From assembly GCA_021797815.1 (NCBI GenBank), contig JAJZYZ010000006.1, positions 9,695 to 73,694 on the forward strand: a stretch of 64,000 bases of DNA, in the 5' to 3' direction. The DNA comes from Bacillota bacterium. GTDB lineage: Bacteria; Bacillota; Sulfobacillia; Sulfobacillales; JAIMBI01. Below, piece after piece: positions 57,094-64,000 of this stretch (position 1 is its first letter; each line of letters starts with the position of its first letter). The notes below the pieces were generated by a model. The model saw nothing but the letters and a program-made list of their open reading frames with translations. It was not told the DNA's origin and did no database searches. The position numbers and the translations under genes were made by a program.

Positions 57094-57753
57094 CTATCCC
57101 TTCGGGATCTCGCGCAGGATCTCCCAGTACATTTTCATACGCGCCGCGAGGCCCTTGGCAAGGCCCAGCTTTTCCTCTTTCATCACCTGGCTGAGGTCCT
57201 GCAGCACGACCTCGCGGACGTCCACCCCAAGGCGCTTCAAGGCGCGGTGGAGCGCTACCTCCACCCCAAAACCCGTATCCTCCAGCTCCAGATCGGCGAG
57301 CAGGTGGCGGCGGAGCGCGCGCTGTCCCGACAGCATGGGCGCCAGCAGCTGCGCCAAGTCGGTGCTGACTCGTCCACCTTCAAAAACTCCTACCGTCGCC
57401 TCGGTCTCGCCCCGCAGCACCGGGTCCAGAAGGGCGCGCACGTGCCCGGGTGTGAGTCCCACCAGATCGGCGTCCAAAAATACGACAATGTCCGCTCCCA
57501 CCGCCATCTCGGAGCCGATGCGCATGGCGGCGCCCTTGCCCTGGTTGACGGGGAGCTCGATGACCCGCGCACCGCAGTAGCGCGCAATCTCGGGGGTTCG
57601 ATCCACCGAGCCGTCGCTCACGACGATGACCTGTTCCACTTCCGGCAGTGCCGTGACGGCCGCCAGCACGGCGGCGATGTGTTCTTCCTCGTTGTAGGCG
57701 GGAATGACAATCGCCACACCGTTCCCGGGGCCCGGCTCCCCTTCACGCACCAT
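57094..57753 (-). CDS. family 2 glycosyltransferase (219 aa)
   Basis: VAIVIPAYNEEEHIAAVL, VIVVSDGSVDRT, NQGKGAAM and VFLDADL (DxD). Start at ATG 57753, 10 nt after the proS stop. The stop lies 2 nt before the polC start. The track ORF 57094..58602 is an over-extension into proS. Confidence 0.8.
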   Translation of the reverse strand: MVREGEPGPGNGVAIVIPAYNEEEHIAAVLAAVTALPEVEQVIVVSDGSVDRTPEIARYCGARVIELPVNQGKGAAMRIGSEMAVGADIVVFLDADLVGLTPGHVRALLDPVLRGETEATVGVFEGGRVSTDLAQLLAPMLSGQRALRRHLLADLELEDTGFGVEVALHRALKRLGVDVREVVLQDLSQVMKEEKLGLAKGLAARMKMYWEILREIPKG

Positions 57754-57763
57754 GCGCACCTCG

Positions 57764-59194
57764 CTAGTAGGCGCGGGCAAAGACGGCCCGCCGCACCGCC
57801 GGGGCCCCGCAGACCAGACAGGCACCTTCGGGCTCACCCGCCTCCAGGACACGGAGCGTAGCCCCGGTGGCGGTCTGCAGGCGATCCTCACAGGCAGACT
57901 CGGCACAGAGGCCAGACTTAAAGAAGCCCCGCACATCGTGGGCCAGGATTTCGTCCACGCTGCTGACCGTGTACGTGTGGGAATCCCGCCACGAAAGCGC
58001 CTGCTGGTAAAGGCCTTCCTGGACGTCGTCCAGGAGTTCCCGGACGCGAAGCGCCAGCTGGTTGCGGGGAACCACCGCCTTCTCGCCGGTATCCCGCCGC
58101 ACCAGCACCACCTGTCCCTGTGCCAGATCCCGGGGTCCAATCTCGACCCGGACGGGAACGCCCCGCATCTCCCAATCATTGAATTTCCAGCCCGGGGTGT
58201 ACTCCTGCCGGTCGTCCACATGCACCCTGAGTCCGCCGATCTCCCCGATCTCAGCGCCGGCCTGGCGGGCGGCGTCCAGGACCTGCTCGCGCTGGGGGCC
58301 GGCCGCGATAGGCACCACGACGACCTGGATGGGCGCGACCCGGGGAGGGAGCCTAAGCCCGCGGTCATCCCCATGCACCATGATGAGGGCGCCGATGAGC
58401 CGGATCGAAGCGCCCCAGGAGGTAGTCCACCCGAGACGCCGCTCGCCGTCCTCATCGAGAAAGTCAATCTCAAATACCCGGGCGAAATTTTGCCCGAGAA
58501 AATGGGAGGTGGCAGCCTGCAGGGCACGGCCGTCGCCCATGAGCGCCTCCAGCGCCCAGGTTTCGACGGCCCCGGCGAAACGCTCGCGTTCACTCTTCTC
58601 ACCAGACAGAGCCGGAATCGCGAGCACGTCTCGAAGCGTGTCTACGTAAATGTTCAACATCCGCTGCGTTTCCTCGCGGGCGTCAGCTTCGGTGCGGTGG
58701 ACCGTGTGGCCTTCCTGCCACAAGAACTCGCGAGGCCGCACGAAGGGGCGGGTCGCCTTCTCCCAGCGCAGCACGTTGCACCACTGGTTGATGAGTACGG
58801 GCAGATCGCGATAAGACTGGATCCACTTCGCATACATGATGCCGGTGATGGTCTCGGACGTGGGCCGGATGGCGAGACGCTCCGAAAGTTCCTCCGAACC
58901 GCCCTGAGTCACCCACGCCACCTCTGGCGAAAATCCTTCCACGTGCTGGGCTTCCCGCTTGAAAAGGCTCTCGGGGATCAGCAGCGGGAAGTACGCGTTC
59001 TGGTGGCCGGTTTCTTGAAACCGTGCATCCATATATGCCTGGATAAGTTCCCAGACCCGATAGGCGTACGGCTTTATCACCATGAATCCGCGGACCGGAG
59101 CATAGTCCATCAGGTCCGCTTTGTTGATCACGTCCAGGTACCACTGAGAGTAGTCCTCAGTCCGAGGCGTGATCTCCTTCAACAGCCGCTGCAC
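57764..59194 (-). CDS. proS: prolyl-tRNA synthetase, archaeal/eukaryote-like type (no INS editing domain)
   Basis: ITPRTEDYSQWYLDVINKADLMDYAPVRGFMVIKPYAY, class II motifs, an anticodon-binding domain and a C-terminal Cys-containing domain ending CLVCGAPAVRRAVFARAY. 476 aa. Confidence 0.93.
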   Translation of the reverse strand: MQRLLKEITPRTEDYSQWYLDVINKADLMDYAPVRGFMVIKPYAYRVWELIQAYMDARFQETGHQNAYFPLLIPESLFKREAQHVEGFSPEVAWVTQGGSEELSERLAIRPTSETITGIMYAKWIQSYRDLPVLINQWCNVLRWEKATRPFVRPREFLWQEGHTVHRTEADAREETQRMLNIYVDTLRDVLAIPALSGEKSERERFAGAVETWALEALMGDGRALQAATSHFLGQNFARVFEIDFLDEDGERRLGWTTSWGASIRLIGALIMVHGDDRGLRLPPRVAPIQVVVVPIAAGPQREQVLDAARQAGAEIGEIGGLRVHVDDRQEYTPGWKFNDWEMRGVPVRVEIGPRDLAQGQVVLVRRDTGEKAVVPRNQLALRVRELLDDVQEGLYQQALSWRDSHTYTVSSVDEILAHDVRGFFKSGLCAESACEDRLQTATGATLRVLEAGEPEGACLVCGAPAVRRAVFARAY

Positions 59195-60245
59195 CCGTTC
59201 GGGCCTCCCTTAACACGTCTTGAACTTCCGCCCAGACCTCTTCCACCATCTGGTCCTGCTCGACCCGACGCACGATCTGGCCATCGCGGTACAAGAGTCC
59301 CATGTGCTTGCCGCCGGCGATGCCGATCTTGGCGTCTTTGGCCTCACCCGGTCCGTTGACGGCGCAGCCCATGATGGCGACGGTCAAGGTTTCCGGTATG
59401 GACGCCAGACGCTTTTCGAGCTCGTTGACAACCGGCCACATGTCAAACTGAATGCGCCCGCAGGTGGGACAGGCGACGATGTCCACGCCGCGTTCCCGCA
59501 GCTTCAGGGCCTTTAAGATTTCCCATGCAACGCGGATCTCCTCCTCGCCCGGACCGGTCATGGACACCCGGATAGTGTCCCCGATGCCCTCGGCTAGAAG
59601 CGTCCCGATGCCCACCGCCGACTTGACCGTCCCGCCGAGGGACGCGCCCGCCTCCGTGAGGCCCACGTGGAGGGGGTAGTCGGCTGTCTTCGCCATGAGT
59701 CGATAGGCAGCCAGCGTGGTTGGCACGTCCGACGCCTTCAGCGAAATAACAATGTCGTAAAAGTCGTGGTCCTCCAGGATCCGCACATGCTTCATCGCGC
59801 TCTTGACCAGCGCTTCCGCCGTACGGCCGAGATCCATCTTGAGGGTCTTCTCCAGCGACCCCGCGTTCACCCCGATACGGATCGGCACCCCCCGCGCCTT
59901 GGCCTCCGTCACCACCGTCGCCACCCGGGAGGCATCGCCGATATTGCCCGGGTTGAGGCGGAGCTTGTCGACGCCCTGGCGCAGTACCTCGAGCGCCAGG
60001 CGGTAGTCAAAGTGGATGTCGGCCACAATCGGCAGCCGAGAGCCTTTCACGATCGGCCCCACCGCCTGCGCCGCCTCCATGTCCGGCACGGCCACCCGCA
60101 CGACTTCGGCGCCAACCTCCTGGTAGCGGGCAATCTCGTCGAGCGTCCCCTGCACGTCCCGGGTGTCGCCCTTGGTCATGCCCTGCACGACGACCGGCGC
60201 TCCGCCTCCAATGGTGAGGTCGCGAACCTTGACTGCGCGCGTCAT
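59157..60245 (-). CDS. ispG: 4-hydroxy-3-methylbut-2-en-1-yl diphosphate synthase
   Basis: VVVQGMTKGDTRD, IVADIHFDYRLAL, LRLNPGNIG, ACPTCGR, IAIMGCAVNGPGEA. Confidence 0.95.
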   Translation of the reverse strand: MTRAVKVRDLTIGGGAPVVVQGMTKGDTRDVQGTLDEIARYQEVGAEVVRVAVPDMEAAQAVGPIVKGSRLPIVADIHFDYRLALEVLRQGVDKLRLNPGNIGDASRVATVVTEAKARGVPIRIGVNAGSLEKTLKMDLGRTAEALVKSAMKHVRILEDHDFYDIVISLKASDVPTTLAAYRLMAKTADYPLHVGLTEAGASLGGTVKSAVGIGTLLAEGIGDTIRVSMTGPGEEEIRVAWEILKALKLRERGVDIVACPTCGRIQFDMWPVVNELEKRLASIPETLTVAIMGCAVNGPGEAKDAKIGIAGGKHMGLLYRDGQIVRRVEQDQMVEEVWAEVQDVLREARTGAAAVEGDHASD

Positions 60246-61279
60246 CCGGACACCCCCTGTTTCATCAATCGTAACAGATCGTGGTATGTGACGAAGAGCA
60301 CGAACGCGATGAGCACCATGAAGCCGATCATGTTGACCAGGTTCTCCTTGGCCGCATCGAGCGGGCGCCGGCGGACTGCCTCCAGGCCCAGAAACAGGAG
60401 TTTGGACCCGTCAAGCACCGGGATGGGCAGGATATTGAAGAGTCCAAGGTTGGCAGACAGGGCCGCAGCCAGGAGAATAAGCTGCATCCAGCCCTGCTGC
60501 ACCGCCTGTCCCACCATCACCGCGATGCCGACCGGACCCGTGACATTGAGGTGACTCCGGCCGATAAAGAGGCGGCCGAGCTGAGAGAACCACAGCGCCG
60601 TGAGGGACACCGTCTGTCCGATGCCGGCTCCGATGGCCTGGAAAACCGGCAGGTGGTTCGGCGCCATCGTAGGTTCGATGCCGATGATGCGCCCGTGCGC
60701 CGCCGGGTCATAGCGCGTGCCCAGGTTGACGGTGTGCAGGTGCCCCCCCATCCGGTAGGTGACGCTCATCCGACCGGCGGAATGACGGACAATGCTGGTC
60801 TGGAGCTCGGTCCACGTGTGCACCGGACTCCTATCGACCGCGACGATGGTCGCCCCGGGGCGGATGCCGGCCGTATAGGCCGGGTATCCCCTCAGCACAT
60901 GACCCACGACGGTGGTGGGCGCCGGCACGCCCACCGGGCCAAACACGATGATGTACAAAATACCCGCCAGGACCAGGTTCATCACCGGACCGGCCAATAT
61001 GACCAGGGCACGCACCCAGCGTGGGCGGGCGTTGAAGGCGCGGGGATCGTCAGACGTGTCGCCCGGCTCCATTCCCGCCATCCGGCAGTAGCCCCCGAGC
61101 GGGATCGCCCGCACCGCGTAGAGCGTGTCGCCTCGCCGCCAGGATAGGAGCGCGGGCCCGAATCCGATCGCGTACTCCTCGACCCGGATCCCCATGGCCT
61201 TGGCGGTCAGGAAGTGGCCGAACTCATGCACGGACACCAAGAGCCCGAATATCACGATGATGGCGAGGGCTGTCAGCAT
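60242..61279 (-). CDS. rseP: RIP metalloprotease RseP (site-2 protease, M50)
   Basis: MLTALAIIVIFGLLVSVHEFGHFLTAK (HExxH), a PDZ segment and the C-terminal NLLPIPVLDG-like motif FNILPIPVLDGSKLL. The start at ATG 61279 overlaps the dxr stop. Confidence 0.9.
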   Translation of the reverse strand: MLTALAIIVIFGLLVSVHEFGHFLTAKAMGIRVEEYAIGFGPALLSWRRGDTLYAVRAIPLGGYCRMAGMEPGDTSDDPRAFNARPRWVRALVILAGPVMNLVLAGILYIIVFGPVGVPAPTTVVGHVLRGYPAYTAGIRPGATIVAVDRSPVHTWTELQTSIVRHSAGRMSVTYRMGGHLHTVNLGTRYDPAAHGRIIGIEPTMAPNHLPVFQAIGAGIGQTVSLTALWFSQLGRLFIGRSHLNVTGPVGIAVMVGQAVQQGWMQLILLAAALSANLGLFNILPIPVLDGSKLLFLGLEAVRRRPLDAAKENLVNMIGFMVLIAFVLFVTYHDLLRLMKQGVSG

Positions 61280-62442
61280 GAGGGGCCTCCCACCGTGACC
61301 GGCCGCCAGCGCGCCGCCTCCCGCCGTGCCCAGCCATCGGCCTCCATAATCTCCGGCAGCGTCGTGCCGGACTGGGCCGGCATGCGCTCGAGAACGGTCT
61401 CTGTGAGCCGCCAGATGTCGCTGAAGCGGATGTCCCCGCCGAGAAAGCGCGCCACCGCTTCCTCGTTGGCGGCGTTCAAGACCGTGGGCGCGGTGCCACC
61501 AGCCATACCCGCCTCCCGACACAGGCGGAGCGCTGGAAAGACCGCTTCGTCGGGGGGTTCGAAGTGCCACGCGCGGCGCTCCGCCCAGTCAATCCGCCGT
61601 GCCGGCGAAGGAAGCCGCTCAGGCCACGTGAGCGCGAGTTGAATGGCGATACGCATGTCGGTCTCCGACAATTCCGCCATCACCGCCCCATCCTCCATCT
61701 CCACCATCGAGTGGACGATGCTCTCCGGGTGGACCACCACGCCAATGCGCTCAAGCGGCATCTCGAACAGCCACGCCGCCTCCAAAACCTCAAGGCCTTT
61801 GTTCATCAGGGTGGCCGAGTCGACGGTTATTTTCTGACCCATCCGCCATGTCGGATGGCGAAGCGCCTGCTCCGCCGTGACCCCGTCCAGCGCGCTTGCC
61901 GCAAAGCCCCGGAAGGGACCGCCCGAGCAGGTGATCCACAGATGGGCCACATGGGCGCGCTCCGTGCCGATGGCCTGCATGAGGGCAGAGTGCTCGCTGT
62001 CTACCGGAACGAGGCTGGCTCCGTGGCGCCGCGCCGTCTCGCAGACCAGCGCTCCTGCCGCCACCAACGTCTCCTTATTGGCGAGACACACCCGCAGTCC
62101 CCGTCGTACGGCCGCCAGAGTCGGCACCAGTCCCGCGAACCCGGCCATGGCCGCCACTACCGCCGTGCCCGCGGACGCCTCTCCGATGCGTTCGGCGAGA
62201 AACTCGGCGTCAGCGCCCACATCGACGCCGGCAGGAATGTCCTCCCGAAGCTCCGCCGCCGGCCCGGGATCGGCCATATACACCCAGCTCGGATGAAGCT
62301 CGCGGATAAGTTCTTGCATCCCCCCGACGTCCCGACGGGCGGCAAGACCCACGGCCCGGAACCTATCCGGGTGGGCGGCGATGACGTCGCGGGTCTGTCG
62401 GCCGACGGAGCCTGTGGCGCCGAGGATGATGACGTCTTGCAT
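61273..62442 (-). CDS. dxr: 1-deoxy-D-xylulose 5-phosphate reductoisomerase
   Basis: MQDVIILGATGSVGRQT, LANKETLV, VDSEHSAL, HPTWRMGQKITVDSATLMNKGLEV. Start at ATG 62442 behind GGGAGGAG. Confidence 0.95.
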   Translation of the reverse strand: MQDVIILGATGSVGRQTRDVIAAHPDRFRAVGLAARRDVGGMQELIRELHPSWVYMADPGPAAELREDIPAGVDVGADAEFLAERIGEASAGTAVVAAMAGFAGLVPTLAAVRRGLRVCLANKETLVAAGALVCETARRHGASLVPVDSEHSALMQAIGTERAHVAHLWITCSGGPFRGFAASALDGVTAEQALRHPTWRMGQKITVDSATLMNKGLEVLEAAWLFEMPLERIGVVVHPESIVHSMVEMEDGAVMAELSETDMRIAIQLALTWPERLPSPARRIDWAERRAWHFEPPDEAVFPALRLCREAGMAGGTAPTVLNAANEEAVARFLGGDIRFSDIWRLTETVLERMPAQSGTTLPEIMEADGWARREAARWRPVTVGGPSC

Positions 62443-63187
62443 TGAACTCCTCCCGTGTGCCTTCTTCGCCGCTGCCAAAACGGAACCGCCATATAGGGCG
62501 CTCGCACCTTCTGCGGGGCCCACGTCCCGCGGGCGGCCCGTCACCGGCACCGCCGGCGCGACGCCCCCGCCGAGCGGGCCAACCGAGAAGCGAAATCAGC
62601 CCCAAGCGCCCGCTCCGGGCCGGGACTCGCCAGGGTGCCGACCGCCGCGAAGAGGACCGCCACGAACTCTGCCCGGATAAAGCCGAGCGTACCGCGCGCC
62701 ACCCCATGCCGCAACTCCGCCGAGCCGCCTCGCTGGGCAGGGGTGCGTCCGAGTCTGCCCCTTCCTCCCCTACGCCTTTTCTCCGCACTAAGAAGTACGC
62801 ACACGACACGGCCTAACTGGCCGCAGCACCCACCCTGGAACGTGTGTCCGGGTGACCGAAATCCGTCCAGGACCCGTAGCATGATCTACCACGTGCACGT
62901 GGGCCCCAGCAGACAGGCGCCTGGGCAGCGGCTGGGTCCCGAAATCGACCCGACAGCGCCGGTTCCGCCGCCGCATGCGCGACATCCGAGGCGAAATCGG
63001 CTTCGGGCCACAAGGCCGCAGGTCTTCGGGGCAGGCGAACATCCGGTCCCGGCCAGGCTCGGCGAGGCCCATGCCAGCGACAGGCGACGCTTTCTGACTT
63101 GAGGAGGCGCGCGCCAAGTTGTGCACCGACGGGACGCGGGGGACCGCCATGATGTCACCCGGGCGCCGCCAGCCGGCGTCGGTCCGC

Positions 63188-63994
63188 CTAGGCGAGGCCC
63201 ATCCCCTTCAGGAAGTAGTATGCGGCCGGCAGGGCAAAGAGGGCCGAGTCCAGACGGTCCAGCACTCCGCCGTGTCCCGGGAGCACGCCGCCCGAGTCTT
63301 TGACCCCCACAAAGCGCTTCAAATTCGACTCCACCAGATCTCCCATCTGTCCCGCCACACTCACGACCAGCCCCGCGACCAGACCGGTGGTGAGGCTCTC
63401 CCCCACGATGAAGGCATAGACCAGCGCCACGACCAGTCCGCACACCAGACCGCCCAGCGAGCCTTCCCAGGTCTTGCCCGGAGAGACCCGGGGCAAGAGC
63501 TGGTGGCGGCCGAAACGGCGCCCGATGAAGTAGGCCCCGGCGTCGTTGAGCCACACCACCGCCAGGACGAAGAAGACGATGAAGAAGCCGTGCGGGAGGT
63601 CGCGGAGGCGGATGAGATAGCTCATGAGGCCGCCGATATAAATAGCTCCGAACAGCGCGCTCTCTCCCGTGATAAACCCGCGCTGGTTGTCGGACCCGCC
63701 CAGGCCATAGATAGCGGCGAGGAAGAAGAGGGCCAGCAGCACGGGCCACAGCGGCCAGTGCAGGAGACTGTCCAACAGCACACCCGCGGTCAGCGAGCCG
63801 ATACCCCAGAACGGGAGATCCAGCTCCCGCTTTTTCAGCATCCTCGAGAATTCAGCGCTCCCCACAAGCGCCATCGCCCAGGTGAGGGCCCACAAGGGCC
63901 AGGAGCCCACCCATACGATCCCGATGACCAGGGGGGTGCCGATGGCCGCCGTGAGAATACGAGGGCGAAGGGTGCTCCAGCGTCCGTCACGCAC
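63188..63994 (-). CDS. cdsA: phosphatidate cytidylyltransferase
   Basis: A multi-helix membrane protein with the C-terminal CdsA signature SNLKRFVGVKDSGGVLPGHGGVLDRLDS. Confidence 0.9.
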   Translation of the reverse strand: MRDGRWSTLRPRILTAAIGTPLVIGIVWVGSWPLWALTWAMALVGSAEFSRMLKKRELDLPFWGIGSLTAGVLLDSLLHWPLWPVLLALFFLAAIYGLGGSDNQRGFITGESALFGAIYIGGLMSYLIRLRDLPHGFFIVFFVLAVVWLNDAGAYFIGRRFGRHQLLPRVSPGKTWEGSLGGLVCGLVVALVYAFIVGESLTTGLVAGLVVSVAGQMGDLVESNLKRFVGVKDSGGVLPGHGGVLDRLDSALFALPAAYYFLKGMGLA

Positions 63995-64000
63995 TACTTC

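Noticed and set aside
62850-62930. ZTP (pfl) riboswitch-like fragment CGCCTGGGCA with an upstream GGGTGACCG on the plus strand.
   Set aside because: The conserved 5' sub-domain (TGACTGGCG ... GG..ACCAC) is not present, and there is no plus-strand gene downstream to regulate.
1-64000. Search by eye for CRISPR repeats, tRNA T-loop/acceptor patterns, rRNA, RNase P (GGAAAGTCC), SRP, tmRNA, IS elements, integrases, toxin-antitoxin pairs and phage genes.
   Set aside because: None recognised. Absence by eye is not proof, and a covariance-model and HMM scan would be needed to be sure.

Overview
Very GC-rich 64-kb chromosomal core region of a PolC-type (Bacillota-like) bacterium. All calls come from reading the sequence and the ORF track by eye; no searches were run. 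I support about 50 protein genes. From ~6.7 kb to the window end, all but two are on the minus strand. I saw no rRNA, tRNA, CRISPR array, transposase or integrase. Gene order is almost colinear with the classical Bacillus subtilis layout: cdsA-dxr-rseP-proS-polC / nusA-ylxR-ylxQ-infB-rbfA-truB-ribF-rpsO-pnp-mlpA / asd-dapG-rnj-ftsK / rodZ-cinA-recA-recX-ymdB / mutS. The main accessory content is a dissimilatory sulfur module between ftsK and the rodZ block: a HIT gene, then sat-aprB-aprA-qmoA-qmoB plus a fused soluble HdrCB/HdrD-like gene in place of QmoC. Other points worth a second look: (1) the ylxQ reading frame has no stop before infB and stays open ~300 codons inside infB in another frame. 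(2) truB and the M16 peptidase have conserved N-termini reachable only from CTG codons, each behind a strong Shine-Dalgarno with a 6-nt spacer. (3) Slots that hold spoVFAB/ymxH, dapA, tepA, rimP, pgsA and rny in B. subtilis are empty, GC-rich, 0.2-1 kb non-coding spacers or hold unrelated genes. (4) A 416-aa Trp/Arg-rich orphan has its own TATAAT box. (5) A 745-nt cdsA-dxr spacer carries four CGAAATC copies. The ORF track misses mutS at the left edge because it has no stop in the window, and it is full of GC-driven shadow ORFs and over-long N-terminal extensions. Several starts were therefore re-picked using the recurrent GGAGG-N6-start pattern. I did not find a clearly novel multi-gene system beyond the sulfur module variant.
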